A stretch of 64,000 nucleotides of DNA from an uncultured Candidatus Saccharibacteria bacterium (GCA_964625065.1 CAZUZL010000005.1:2072-66071); one strand, 5' to 3'; counted from the stretch's first letter, positions 40,398 through 51,546 are shown. Numbers and translations are program-made. Notes: a model not told the origin generated them from the letters alone.

Positions 40398-40925
40398 ATG
40401 AATCTAAATAGGAAAGCACCCGGCACTGAAAAGTTTACTTGTTTTGAAATAGTCGACAGGCGTTTCGACATAGTAAAAAATGAAATCACCACTTCTCTTA
40501 GTCTATACGAAGAAAGCTTTGATTTTAAGAATGACATTAGCTGTAAAAAGCCTCTAACTAAAATACTGAAAAATTTTAGTCGGCGGTTCTACCCAAATCA
40601 GGCATTAAGTATTGATACATATGAAAGTTTCAAATACTTGTTTCTGATTTCTGAAGTCAATTATTTTTACGTAACACTATGTTTAAAATTGGATTTAAAC
40701 AACAACCCAACTTTAAACATTTACCAAGCGTTCAACAGTGGTAAGCCATTTATTTTCGAGGAAGAAAAGCCGATTTTTAAGGCTTTTAACTACGAATATG
40801 GGTATTTTTTTAACCCGTATGAATTAAAATTTGAAGTCAGGGAGGCCGAAAATTTAAAGCTACCTGAAGACTTAGAAAAGTTGTGCGTACCACTGATTAC
40901 CAAGGTTAAATCTTTGGTAAATTAA
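40398..40925 (+). CDS. Hypothetical protein
   Basis: 175-aa ORF with TTGACA promoter upstream. Confidence 0.6.
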   Translation: MNLNRKAPGTEKFTCFEIVDRRFDIVKNEITTSLSLYEESFDFKNDISCKKPLTKILKNFSRRFYPNQALSIDTYESFKYLFLISEVNYFYVTLCLKLDLNNNPTLNIYQAFNSGKPFIFEEEKPIFKAFNYEYGYFFNPYELKFEVREAENLKLPEDLEKLCVPLITKVKSLVN

Positions 40926-40976
40926 ATTTTTAAAATCTAGAACAAGAACGCCAGCAGTTTTAATTGCAGGTGTTTT

Positions 40977-41585
40977 TTATTTTTCAGAAAGTTTTTTCAA
41001 TATTTTTGGTATTTGTTTAAAATCTTTCAGTAGTATTGCACGCATACCACCGTTATATAGTGCAGCAGCAGGGTGGTATAGGGGTAGAAAATGTGTGGTT
41101 TTAAGTTCTGTAATTACTGAAGTATTTTCTGTGCCTTTATATTTTTCAGTATCTATTATTTTACCGTGTGCATCAGATATACTAAGTTCCGGAAAAAAGC
41201 TGTTCAATGCATGTCTACCTAAAAACACAATTACGTCTGGTTTAATGTAATTTAGTTCGGCAACTAACCATGCACGGCATTGTTGTTTTTCGGTGGGTGT
41301 TGGGTCGCGGTTCTCGGGTGGGCGGTATTTAACTGTGTTGGTTATGTATACATCGGCCCGGTCCATTTTTATAGACTGCAACATTTCTGCTAAAAACTTG
41401 CCCGCAGCACCGACAAAAGGCACACCTGTTTCGTCTTCTTTTTTACCTGGGGCTTCGCCTATAAAAACCACGCGTGCCTTTGGGTTACCGTTACCAAACA
41501 CAGCTTGTTTAGCTGTGTTTTTTAGTTCGCATTCGCAAACGCTGTCGTAATATGTGTGTAGTTTATGTAGTGTAGTAAACTGCAT
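40977..41585 (-). CDS. udg: Uracil-DNA glycosylase family 4
   Basis: FIGEAPG..ED..G.PFVGAAG, YITN.VK.RPP.NRDP, YHPAA. Confidence 0.95.
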   Translation of the reverse strand: MQFTTLHKLHTYYDSVCECELKNTAKQAVFGNGNPKARVVFIGEAPGKKEDETGVPFVGAAGKFLAEMLQSIKMDRADVYITNTVKYRPPENRDPTPTEKQQCRAWLVAELNYIKPDVIVFLGRHALNSFFPELSISDAHGKIIDTEKYKGTENTSVITELKTTHFLPLYHPAAALYNGGMRAILLKDFKQIPKILKKLSEK

Positions 41586-41624
41586 AGGGTAATTATAGCA
41601 TTATAAAACAATGGTTTTAATGTA

Positions 41625-41760
41625 TTGACTATAAGGCATAAATATGCTATAATGGAAGGAAGTTTACAGTTATTTGAAAATAGTAAATTGTTGTGATTAG
41701 TTTGTCCAAGTCTCTATATTATTGGGTATTTGGACAAACTAATCAATTAAACAACAATTT
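41625..41760 (+). promoter_or_regulatory. sigma70 promoter and long 5'-leader hairpin
   Basis: TTGACT(41625)-17-TATAAT(41648); 16-bp perfect stem 41694-41709/41730-41745. Confidence 0.65.
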
Positions 41761-41774
41761 AAATTAACCACAAA

Positions 41775-43505
41775 ATGAAAAGTTTTACTTACCTACTTCG
41801 AGGATTTACATGTCTTTGGATTGTATTCGCTGGCAACAGTGTCTTAGCACAAGGTGCTGTAAAAGATACATTTGATTTTTATCAATATGATTCTTTTAAG
41901 CACAATGATTCTATAGATTTTATCGGTTTTCCGATACTTGAAAACAGTGATGGAAGCTATTCAAAATTAGTTTCCTATGGGATGAATAGGGATAAATACC
42001 TTTTTCGTTATGATTCAACAATGCAATTTCTTGACTCAACTGTGATAGAAAACTATGAAGCGGGATCAAATTATAGAGTTGGAGGCATAACCTATATGAA
42101 AAGAAACACCATAGGTTACTTGATCACTAACATGATAGGTATATATCAATATGATTCTTCTAATCAGATTGTTTGGAAAATATTTTTGAATTATAATCTT
42201 GAATCAGTCACAACTACACCAAATGGGTATGCTGTGATTGGAACAAAGGTTTCGTCTTGGGGAAATACGGGCTGGGGGACTAATATGGATACATTGTGTA
42301 AAATAGTTAGCCATATTAGTTTTTCCGGCAACCTACTTTGGGAGCAGAAATATAGAGTTCTGATTGATACACCAATCAATTATTACGGCTGGTATGAAGA
42401 TGGAATTATCTATAATCAAAATAAAATTTATTTTGCCTACATGGATTCAACTGAACAAAGATCAAATACATGGACCCCATCTTCAGTGGTAGTAAAAATC
42501 GATTTGTCTGGAAATACAGTTTGGCAAAAACACATAGATATTTCTGCTGGAACTTTCAAAAAAAATTCCAAAGGCATTTTCCTTTTTGGAAACGAAGAGG
42601 ACACCACAAATACGTATAGTACATACCGCATGTATAAATTAGACACCAGTAATGGCAATGTTAATTTATATTTGAGGTATCCTAATTGGGGCGGGTTATT
42701 TCATTATCATGATACTTTATGGCTACGTGTAATAAGACAAAATTACTGGGTTGCTGCCCAAAATAAAACAATCATTACAATAGAAATAATTAATATTTTG
42801 GGTGTCGATAGTGTTCAGTTGTATTATACATCAGATTATGTAAAGTTAACCGATACAACTATTAATCCTTATGGTCCGTACCCTATTTACATGGATTCAA
42901 AAGAAAACTTACTTACTAGTCTATTTGTAACAAAACACTTAAATTATTATTCGGAACTCATAGGAACTATTTTTTGTAAATTTGTTCTAAGAAAGGACAC
43001 CGTTAGTGTTCTGCCTATTAAACTTATAACATTCACTGGAATGTTACGGGGTGATGATGTTCAATTAAACTGGACTACTGCCACTGAAACAAATAACGAT
43101 TATTTTGAAGTGGAGAAGAGCCTCGATGGTAAAAGTTTTACTAAGATAGGTTTTGTAAAAGGTGCAGGCAACAGTATGAATGTTCAGAAATACAATTACA
43201 TTGATGTATCTGCAAACAATGAAGTTTTGTACTACAGACTAAAACAAGTTGACTATGATGGAAATTTTTCTTATAGCAATATTGTTGTTGTAAAACAAAA
43301 TAAAAGTTCTGTTAAACTGTACCCAAACCCATTCGAAAACCACGTTACTGTTTATGGTCATGGCGACATTGTAATTACCGACATACTTGGAAAAATTTAT
43401 TTTTCTGGCACTGTCGGCAATGTGCAAACCATAGACTGGCCTACTGGTGTGTATTTGGTTCAGTGTATGATTAACGGGGAAGTAAAAAAGATTGTTAAAA
43501 ACTAA
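41775..43505 (+). CDS. Secreted protein with T9SS type A C-terminal sorting domain
   Basis: Signal peptide; LPIKL..F...V.LNW.TATE.NN.YF.VE.S.DG; YYRLKQVD.DG; LYPNP...D..GK...GVY...KKIVK. Confidence 0.88.
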   Translation: MKSFTYLLRGFTCLWIVFAGNSVLAQGAVKDTFDFYQYDSFKHNDSIDFIGFPILENSDGSYSKLVSYGMNRDKYLFRYDSTMQFLDSTVIENYEAGSNYRVGGITYMKRNTIGYLITNMIGIYQYDSSNQIVWKIFLNYNLESVTTTPNGYAVIGTKVSSWGNTGWGTNMDTLCKIVSHISFSGNLLWEQKYRVLIDTPINYYGWYEDGIIYNQNKIYFAYMDSTEQRSNTWTPSSVVVKIDLSGNTVWQKHIDISAGTFKKNSKGIFLFGNEEDTTNTYSTYRMYKLDTSNGNVNLYLRYPNWGGLFHYHDTLWLRVIRQNYWVAAQNKTIITIEIINILGVDSVQLYYTSDYVKLTDTTINPYGPYPIYMDSKENLLTSLFVTKHLNYYSELIGTIFCKFVLRKDTVSVLPIKLITFTGMLRGDDVQLNWTTATETNNDYFEVEKSLDGKSFTKIGFVKGAGNSMNVQKYNYIDVSANNEVLYYRLKQVDYDGNFSYSNIVVVKQNKSSVKLYPNPFENHVTVYGHGDIVITDILGKIYFSGTVGNVQTIDWPTGVYLVQCMINGEVKKIVKN

Positions 43506-43637
43506 ATATAAAATTTAGTAATAAAGCCTGATCGTAATTGACCAGGCTTTTTTTGTGTAAAATAAACTTTGACAAACATGTCTAATATATGATATAAAAT
43601 AATAAATATAAATTTTTTCACTTCTAATTTTACTACC

Positions 43638-44015
43638 ATGAAAATATTAATTTCTTTATTTTTTGTAATTATGTTGGCCATTAGTCCACTGTCTGTAAAG
43701 GCACAATGTGGGTTCCGATTTTCAGAATACATATTAAACGAAAACACTGCACCTGTTGCAGTTGATCAAGTTAGTACTACTTTCAATCCAGAAGTTTTGT
43801 ATACACAGTCAATTTCTGTGTACCCAAACCCTTTTGCGGACAAACTTTTCATTACTACTGATAAAGAGCAGTCAGTTATAATTACTGATGTAACAGGGAA
43901 ATGTGTTTTCAGTGGTACAGTCAATAATACAGCACTAAACACAAGTCTATGGACTTCGGGTCTGTATATAATCCGTAGCACAGACGGTAGAGTACAAAAG
44001 TTCTTAAAAGAATAA
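43638..44015 (+). CDS. Small secreted protein made almost entirely of a T9SS type A sorting domain
   Basis: Signal peptide; VYPNPF...DVTGK...SGLYII....KFLKE. Confidence 0.85.
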   Translation: MKILISLFFVIMLAISPLSVKAQCGFRFSEYILNENTAPVAVDQVSTTFNPEVLYTQSISVYPNPFADKLFITTDKEQSVIITDVTGKCVFSGTVNNTALNTSLWTSGLYIIRSTDGRVQKFLKE

Positions 44016-44204
44016 TTCTACATTAGTGTGAATTTAAAAACCGCTTATATAATATAATGCGGTTTTTTGTATACCTGTGGATAACCCAGAGGTTTAACCT
44101 CTGTGAAAAAGAGGTTGTGCCATGCCCTGTAGTGAAATTTTATTACCATTAAACTTAAAAAAGCGATACTTTCAAAAATTTCTACTACGGGGTATAATAC
44201 CCCC

Positions 44205-44435
44205 ATGTCTATGTTAAAGAATTTTTTGATGAAGAAGATGCTGAAAAGCCAGTTAAAAGGCATTCCAGAAGCGGAGCAAGACCGTATTATTACTATGGTT
44301 ACAGAAAACCCTGAATTATTCGAGAAAATAGGTAAAGAAGTCCAAGAAAAGGTAAAAGGTGGCATGAACCAAATGGAAGCCACCAAGCGTGTAATGGACA
44401 AATATAAGTCGGAAATTGAGAAAGTAATGAAATAG
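44205..44435 (+). CDS. Small conserved-looking hypothetical protein
   Basis: 76-aa ORF, TATAAT 6 nt before ATG. Confidence 0.75.
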   Translation: MSMLKNFLMKKMLKSQLKGIPEAEQDRIITMVTENPELFEKIGKEVQEKVKGGMNQMEATKRVMDKYKSEIEKVMK

Positions 44436-44483
44436 TCACCACCCCGTCACCGGAGTGCCACCCCTCCTCCACAAGGAGGGGAT
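44436..44483 (+). repeat. 48-bp REP-like element; inverted copy at 62718-62765
   Basis: 47/48 identity to the reverse complement of 62718-62765. Confidence 0.9.
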
Positions 44484-44709
44484 AAAAACCTTGACTTTGT
44501 TGGGGTTTTTTGCTAGGGTAATGGGGATTGAAGCGATTGAGTTACGGGTGGGCAATCAATCTTTATTAGCAATACAATATATTTATTTTGCTATCTTTCA
44601 TGTCTTTGGGGGGAATTAAATAATTTTAACGAAGGTGCTTTGTATTTATACAAGCGCCGGAATTTTTATTTTTAATTTTTTGCACAGGTTTGGTAGGTAG
44701 AATATTATT

Positions 44710-47700
44710 ATGCAAGATATCGCACAACGACCAAAGAAGTATTTTTCTAAATACAAGGCACCATTGGTACCTTTTCCTGACTTGATCGAAAACCAAGTTA
44801 ATTCATATAAATGGTTAATCGAAAAAGGTCTATCAGAAGTTTTTGCCGAGTTTTCTCCTATTAAAGATTATTCAGAGAAAAAGTTCGACCTTGAGTTTGC
44901 TTCGTTTTCAGTAGGTGAACCTAAGTACACCGAGGCACATGCCAAAGAAAACAAGTTAACATACGAAGCGTCAATAAAGGCCCGCGTTAAGCTTATCAAT
45001 AAAACAATGGGTTCTACAAAGGAACAAGAAATTTTCCTTTCTGATATCCCACTAATGACCCCACACGGTACATTCATCATCAACGGTGTTGAACGTGTTA
45101 TCGTTCCACAACTTGCACGTTCTGCAGGTGTGTTCTTCGTTGACCAAGAAATGAAGGGCAAGATAATGTTCGGCGCAAAGATAATTCCTGCCCGCGGTGT
45201 ATGGCTTGAAATAGAATCTGAAGCAGACGGTACACTAGCTGTACGTATAGACAAAAAGCGAAAGTTCTCAATCCTTTCACTGCTACGCGTTATGGGCTAC
45301 CATACCGACGAACAAATTTTGGCTTTATTTGCCGGCTCACCCCACGAAAATATCGTTAAACTTGCTATAGAAAAAGACACTACTAAAACAGTGCACGATG
45401 CATATATAGAAATATACAAACGTCTACGCGACGGCGACCTAGCTACTGCAGACAACGCCAAGGAACATGTAGATTCATTGTTTACTAAAACACGCTACGA
45501 TATATCACCAGTTGGACGTTTTCGACTTAACCAACAGTTCGGTGGTCCAGTTGATGAAAAAGCCCTACAACAACGTGTACTAACCAAGGAAGATGTAGTT
45601 GCTATAATGAAGCACACATTAGACCTAAACATCAACCCTGATGCTCGTCCAGAAGATATCGACCACCTTTCAAAGCGACGTGTTAAATTCGTAGGCGAAA
45701 TGATGCAAGCTAAAATACGTGTTGGTATGACACAGATCAAGCGTAACGTTCAAGACAGAATGTCTGTTATCGAATCTGACAACACACTACCTATGAACGT
45801 TGTTAACCAACGTCCACTACAGGCACGTATTAAAGAATTCTTTACTACAAACCAACTTTCACAGTTCATGGACCAAGAAAACGTTTTGGCTGAAACTGAA
45901 CACTTGCGTCGTTTGTCAGCGCTAGGGCCCGGCGGTCTAACACGCGAACGCGCATCACTAGAAGTTCGCGACGTGCACACTAGTCACTACGGACGTATTT
46001 GTCCTATTGAAACACCTGAAGGTGCAAACATTGGTTTGGTTGTACACTTAGCTACATATTCACGTATTAACGAGTTCGGTATTATCGAAACTCCTTACAT
46101 GAAAGTTAAAAAAGGCACACTTACAGGTGAAGTTGTTTACTTAAACGCGTTAGAAGAAGAACGTTACAACATTGCACATGCCCAGAACGACCGCAACGAA
46201 GCTGGTACATTTACCAACAAAAAAGTTGCTGGACGTTTAAAAACTATTCCAGGTCTTATGGACAAAGACGATGTAGAATTTATAGACATTGCTACAAACC
46301 AACCTTTCTCTATTGCAGCTTCTATGATTCCATTCCTAGACCACGATGATGCAAACCGTACTCTGATGGGATCAAACATGCAACGCCAAGCTGTGCCATG
46401 TCTACGCCCCGAAGCACCACTAGTTGCAACTGGTATGGAAGCACTAGCATCTAAAGACTCTGGCCGTGTTATCGTAGCTGGTACAGAAGGTACTGTGTCA
46501 TATGTAGACGGAAAGAAAATAATAATTACAGACAAAAAAGACGAAAAACATACATACACACTAACTGCGTTTTCAAGAACAAACAGTTTCTCTGTATTCC
46601 ACCAACGCCCTATAGTTTCGTTCGGTGAAAAGGTTAAAAAAGGTCAAGTTATAGCCGACACTAGTTCTACTTCAGGTGGACAAATGGCACTTGGTCAAAA
46701 CGCATTGGTAGCATTCATGGTATGGAACGGCCAGAACTACGAAGACGCGATAATTATTTCAGAACGTCTAGTTAAGAATTCTAAATTCAGTACAATACAC
46801 ATCGAAGAATACGAATGTACAGTTCGTGACACTAAACTTGGCGCTGAAGTTACTACACGCGACATTCCAAACGTTGGTGAAATCAAGTTGAAAGATCTAG
46901 ACGAAGAAGGTGTTGTACGTGTTGGTGCAGAACTTCGCGAATCAGACATACTGGTTGGTAAAATTACTCCAAAAGGCGAAACAGAACTTACTCCAGAAGA
47001 AAGACTGCTTCGTTCAATATTCGCGGAAAAAGCTCGCGATGTGAAGGACACATCTCTACGTATGGACAAAGGTACACGCGGTCGTGTTATCGGTGTTAAA
47101 ATATTCTCTCGTGAAGGAGGACATAACTTGGAATCAGGTGTTATTAAGAAAATCGTTATTGAAGTTGCACAAGTTCGTAACGTATCAGTAGGTGACAAAC
47201 TTGCTGGACGCCACGGTAACAAGGGTGTTATTTCAGTTGTACTTCCAGAAGAAGACATGCCATACATGGCAGACGGACGCCCAGTAGACGTTGTACTAAC
47301 ACCACTTGGTGTTCCATCACGTATGAACTTGGGTCAGATTTTGGAACTTCACTTAGGTATGGCTGCAGAACTAAACGGCTACCAAGCAGTGGTACCAGTG
47401 TTCGGTGGCGCAACAGTAGAAGAAATCCAAAAGGAACTAGTTACAGGTGGTTTCCCAGAATCAGGACGTATACCACTATACGACGGACGCACTGGTGAAA
47501 AATTCAACAACGACATTTCAGTAGGTTACATGTATATTCTAAAACTTCACCACATGGTTGAAGACAAACTACACATGCGTTCTATTGGTTCGTATTCACT
47601 TATTACTCAGCAACCACTAGGCGGTAAAGCACAAGGTGGTGGACAAAGATTCGGAGAAATGGAAGTCTGGGCACTAGAAGGTTACGGAGCAGCACACATG

Positions 47701-47877
47701 TTACGCGAAATGATTACAGTTAAGTCAGACGACATTGTCGGACGTTCAGAAACATTCGACGCTATTATCAAAGGCGAACCACTACGCGCACCAAACGCAC
47801 CAGCATCGTTTACAGTTATGTTGAACTACCTACGAGGTCTAGCGCTTAATGTCGATCTAAAGAAAAAGATTAAATAA
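44710..47877 (+). CDS. rpoB: RNA polymerase beta subunit
   Basis: FIINGVERV, QLSQFMDQ, PIETPEG, GDKLAGRHGNKG, GGQRFGEMEVWAL. Confidence 0.99.
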   Translation: MQDIAQRPKKYFSKYKAPLVPFPDLIENQVNSYKWLIEKGLSEVFAEFSPIKDYSEKKFDLEFASFSVGEPKYTEAHAKENKLTYEASIKARVKLINKTMGSTKEQEIFLSDIPLMTPHGTFIINGVERVIVPQLARSAGVFFVDQEMKGKIMFGAKIIPARGVWLEIESEADGTLAVRIDKKRKFSILSLLRVMGYHTDEQILALFAGSPHENIVKLAIEKDTTKTVHDAYIEIYKRLRDGDLATADNAKEHVDSLFTKTRYDISPVGRFRLNQQFGGPVDEKALQQRVLTKEDVVAIMKHTLDLNINPDARPEDIDHLSKRRVKFVGEMMQAKIRVGMTQIKRNVQDRMSVIESDNTLPMNVVNQRPLQARIKEFFTTNQLSQFMDQENVLAETEHLRRLSALGPGGLTRERASLEVRDVHTSHYGRICPIETPEGANIGLVVHLATYSRINEFGIIETPYMKVKKGTLTGEVVYLNALEEERYNIAHAQNDRNEAGTFTNKKVAGRLKTIPGLMDKDDVEFIDIATNQPFSIAASMIPFLDHDDANRTLMGSNMQRQAVPCLRPEAPLVATGMEALASKDSGRVIVAGTEGTVSYVDGKKIIITDKKDEKHTYTLTAFSRTNSFSVFHQRPIVSFGEKVKKGQVIADTSSTSGGQMALGQNALVAFMVWNGQNYEDAIIISERLVKNSKFSTIHIEEYECTVRDTKLGAEVTTRDIPNVGEIKLKDLDEEGVVRVGAELRESDILVGKITPKGETELTPEERLLRSIFAEKARDVKDTSLRMDKGTRGRVIGVKIFSREGGHNLESGVIKKIVIEVAQVRNVSVGDKLAGRHGNKGVISVVLPEEDMPYMADGRPVDVVLTPLGVPSRMNLGQILELHLGMAAELNGYQAVVPVFGGATVEEIQKELVTGGFPESGRIPLYDGRTGEKFNNDISVGYMYILKLHHMVEDKLHMRSIGSYSLITQQPLGGKAQGGGQRFGEMEVWALEGYGAAHMLREMITVKSDDIVGRSETFDAIIKGEPLRAPNAPASFTVMLNYLRGLALNVDLKKKIK

Positions 47878-47894
47878 TCTAACACGTAATAATT

Positions 47895-50800
47895 ATGAAA
47901 ACATTTGATACAACAAATTTCAATAGTATCGGCATATCGTTGGCTAGCCCAGAACAAATGCTGGAATGGTCATACGGTGAAGTTACAAAGCCTGAAACTA
48001 TAAACTACCGAACTAGTCGCGCTGAACGCGGTGGCTTGTTCGACGAACGTATATTCGGTCCAGAAAAAGACTACGAATGTTACTGTGGTAAATACAAACG
48101 CATCCGTTACGCAGGTATAATCTGTGAAAAATGTGGAGTTGAAGTTACTAAGGCCATCGTTCGTCGTGAACGCATGGGCCACATCGAACTTGCTGCACCT
48201 GTTGCGCATATATGGTTCCTAAAGGGTGTGCCTTCACGTATGGCACTTGTACTTGGTATTCAGGCACAAGACCTTGAAAAAGTGGTTTACTTTGCAGGTT
48301 ACATTGTAACTAAAATAGACCAAGCTGAAAAAGAACGCATACTGCACGACCTAGACACTGAATTTAAATCAAAAACAAAAATGTCTGCAGACGAAGACAC
48401 TCGTGGTAAACTTCGCGACTTGTTTGCACAAGCTAAAAAAGAAGTTACAGAAATAGTGCAAGGTAAAGTTCTAAACGAAATAAACTACCACCACTATTCT
48501 CTAAAATATGGTTCATGTTTCGAAGCCTCAATCGGTGCTGAATCTATATACGAAATATTTAAAAACACAGACCTAGTTAAACTTAAAGAAAAACTAGAAA
48601 CAGATCTACCAAAAACAAACAGCCTAGACCGCGAACGTACACAGAAACGTCTAGCGTTGGTACGTTCTATGGTAACTGCAAAGGTACGCCCTGAATGGAT
48701 GTTCCTAAAAGTTATACCAATTATTCCACCAAACTTGCGCCCAATGGTAGCCCTAGAAGGTGGCCGCCATGCAACATCAGACCTAAACGACCTATACCGT
48801 CGCGTTATAAACCGAAACAACCGTCTGAAAAAACTTAAAGAAATAGGTGCCCCAGACGTAATTCTACGTAACGAAAAACGTATATTGCAGGAAGCTGTAG
48901 ATGCACTAATAGACAACAACAGTGGTTCAGCTGGTGGTGCTGCAGTTAGTCAGTCACAAAAACGTGCATTGAAGTCACTGTCTGACAACCTACGTTCTAA
49001 ACAAGGTTTGTTCCGTCAAAACTTGCTTGGTAAACGTGTAGACTACTCAGCCCGTTCAGTTATTGTGGTTGGTCCACAACTTAAACTTAGTCAATGTGGT
49101 CTACCCAAGGAAATGGCATTGGAACTTTTCCGCCCATTCGTAATATCTAAAATCCTTGCTCGCGAACTAGCATTTAACATTCGTGGTGCAAACAAACTTA
49201 TCGAAGAACGCACAGCAGAAGTGTGGGCAATACTAGACGAAGTTATCGAAGGTAAATTCGTGTTAGTTAACCGTGCACCTACACTGCACCGCCTATCTAT
49301 ACAGGCTTTCAACCCAGTGTTGATCGAAGGTAAGGCTATACAACTACACCCATTAGTATGTACAGGTTTCAACGCCGACTTCGATGGCGACCAGATGGCC
49401 GTGCACCTACCACTTTCAGTTGAAGCTCAAGCTGAAGCTGGCAACCTAATGGCTGCAACTAAAAACCTACTTAAACCTGCAAACGGCGACCCTATTGCAA
49501 CAGCAAAACTACTCGACATTATTTTGGGTACATACTGGATGACAAAAAACATCGAAGGTGAAAAAGGTGAAGGTTCAGTATTTTCATCACCTAACGAAGC
49601 ATTGTTAGCGTATGACTTTGGACATATAACATTCCATTCATTGATAAAAGTTCGTGGCGACAGTCGTTCTAAATTTGCACCATTTGAAGGTACACTAATA
49701 GAAACAACTGTTGGACGAATATTGTTCAACAACATTTTCCCAGAAGACTTCCGTTACATTAACGAAGAAATGACAACTAAAAAAGTTCAGGCATTAGTAG
49801 ATGCATTTATTACTTCATATGGTTTCGATTCCGCACCTAAACTTCTAGACGCCATCAAAGATTTCGGTTACCGTTATGCAACTATATCAGGCCACAGTTG
49901 GGCAATAGATTCTGTACGTATTCCAGAAAAGAAACAAGAAGTTGTTGCGGTTTATCAAAAGAAAAACGATGAATTATTTGCTCAACATGCAGAAGGTCTA
50001 ATTTCAGAAGACGAAAAATACCAGAAATTCCAAGAAATATGGAACGAATGTAAAAAAGAAGTTGAAAAACTTCTACCAGCAACTCTTGATTTGCGCGGTT
50101 CATATAACGACATGTACAAGTCAGGCGCACGTGGATCATTAAACAACATGACGCAGATGGTAGGTATGAAGGGTCTGATTCAAAACAACCAGGGTCGCAT
50201 TATCGAATTCCCAGTTATACCGTCATATATCGAAGGTTTGTCACCTGTAGAATACTTTATTACTACACACGGTTCACGTAAGGGTCTTTCAGACACCGCA
50301 CTTAACACTGCAAAGGCAGGTTACCTAACACGTCGTTTGGTTGACGTTGCTCAAGATGTAACAATAACTACAGCAGACTGTGGCACTAAGGAAGGTAAAA
50401 CTATACGTAAACAAATAATATCAGGTTTGGAAATACCACTATCTAAAGGTCTAGCCGGACGTGTATTGTTAGAAGACATTAAAAACGCCGAAGGTGTAAC
50501 AATGTACAAAAAAGGTACATTAATAATGAAAGACGAAGCTGTTAAAATAGAAAAAGCAGGTATCGAATCTGTAAAAGTTCGCACACCACTTTCATGTAAA
50601 AATACATACGGTATTTGTCAGCTTTGTTATGGTCTAGACTTTGGACGTAACCACCTAGTAAACATCGGTGAAGCTGTTGGTATAGTTGCCGGCCAAGCTA
50701 TCGGTGAACCAGGTACACAGCTAACACTACGTACATTCCACCAAGGTGGAGTTGCGGGTCTGGACATTACAGCGGGTCTACCACGTGTCGAAGAAATCTT

Positions 50801-51545
50801 TGAAAAACGTGCACCGAAAAACCACGCTATTGTTTCTAAAACAGCAGGTGAAGTTATAGAAATAAAAGACAACGGTAAAGAAAAAATAGTTACTGTACTG
50901 TCAGATACAAAGTTCGACGGCAAGTCAAACACTATCGAATACAGTGTAACATTCCCACGCTCAGTTGTAGTTTCAAAAGGTCAACGTGTTGTAGCTGGCG
51001 GACTATTGTCAGACGGATCTGCATTGATCGACGACATTTTTGCTGCAGGTGGCAAAGAAATGGCTCAAGAATACATTATTCATGAAATTGCAAAAGTGTA
51101 CGAAGTGCAAGGTGCATCTATTGCCCCTAAGCATATCGAAATAGTTATACGTCAAATGTTCTCTCGTGTACGTATAACTGACGCCGGCGACACTGTTCTA
51201 ACACCAGGCACTGTTATTGAAAACTTTGAAATGTTAGAAGAAAACGTTCGCGCCAAAGCCCAAGGTCTACGTGAAGCAAAAGGCGACATGATAGTTCTAG
51301 GCATAACAACAACAGCACTTGAAACTAAGAGTTGGTTGTCTGCTGCGTCATTCCAACACACAAACCGTATATTGATAAACAATGCACTACGTGGTGGCGA
51401 CGACGACCTACGTGGTTTGAAAGAAAACGTTATTGTTGGTCGACTGATTCCTGCAGGTACAGGGTTCGGCAAACAAGGGCTGACACACTTAGACGAAGTT
51501 AAAGAAGACGTTGCTGAAACAGAAACTACTAACGAGGTAGAATAG
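47895..51545 (+). CDS. rpoC: RNA polymerase beta' subunit
   Basis: KPETINYR, LLGKRVDYS, NADFDGDQM, GEPGTQLT. Confidence 0.99.
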   Translation: MKTFDTTNFNSIGISLASPEQMLEWSYGEVTKPETINYRTSRAERGGLFDERIFGPEKDYECYCGKYKRIRYAGIICEKCGVEVTKAIVRRERMGHIELAAPVAHIWFLKGVPSRMALVLGIQAQDLEKVVYFAGYIVTKIDQAEKERILHDLDTEFKSKTKMSADEDTRGKLRDLFAQAKKEVTEIVQGKVLNEINYHHYSLKYGSCFEASIGAESIYEIFKNTDLVKLKEKLETDLPKTNSLDRERTQKRLALVRSMVTAKVRPEWMFLKVIPIIPPNLRPMVALEGGRHATSDLNDLYRRVINRNNRLKKLKEIGAPDVILRNEKRILQEAVDALIDNNSGSAGGAAVSQSQKRALKSLSDNLRSKQGLFRQNLLGKRVDYSARSVIVVGPQLKLSQCGLPKEMALELFRPFVISKILARELAFNIRGANKLIEERTAEVWAILDEVIEGKFVLVNRAPTLHRLSIQAFNPVLIEGKAIQLHPLVCTGFNADFDGDQMAVHLPLSVEAQAEAGNLMAATKNLLKPANGDPIATAKLLDIILGTYWMTKNIEGEKGEGSVFSSPNEALLAYDFGHITFHSLIKVRGDSRSKFAPFEGTLIETTVGRILFNNIFPEDFRYINEEMTTKKVQALVDAFITSYGFDSAPKLLDAIKDFGYRYATISGHSWAIDSVRIPEKKQEVVAVYQKKNDELFAQHAEGLISEDEKYQKFQEIWNECKKEVEKLLPATLDLRGSYNDMYKSGARGSLNNMTQMVGMKGLIQNNQGRIIEFPVIPSYIEGLSPVEYFITTHGSRKGLSDTALNTAKAGYLTRRLVDVAQDVTITTADCGTKEGKTIRKQIISGLEIPLSKGLAGRVLLEDIKNAEGVTMYKKGTLIMKDEAVKIEKAGIESVKVRTPLSCKNTYGICQLCYGLDFGRNHLVNIGEAVGIVAGQAIGEPGTQLTLRTFHQGGVAGLDITAGLPRVEEIFEKRAPKNHAIVSKTAGEVIEIKDNGKEKIVTVLSDTKFDGKSNTIEYSVTFPRSVVVSKGQRVVAGGLLSDGSALIDDIFAAGGKEMAQEYIIHEIAKVYEVQGASIAPKHIEIVIRQMFSRVRITDAGDTVLTPGTVIENFEMLEENVRAKAQGLREAKGDMIVLGITTTALETKSWLSAASFQHTNRILINNALRGGDDDLRGLKENVIVGRLIPAGTGFGKQGLTHLDEVKEDVAETETTNEVE

Positions 51546-51546
51546 T

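Noticed and set aside
39274-40925. Prophage remnant
   Set aside because: No integrase, terminase, structural genes or att repeats; just three orphan genes with separate promoters.
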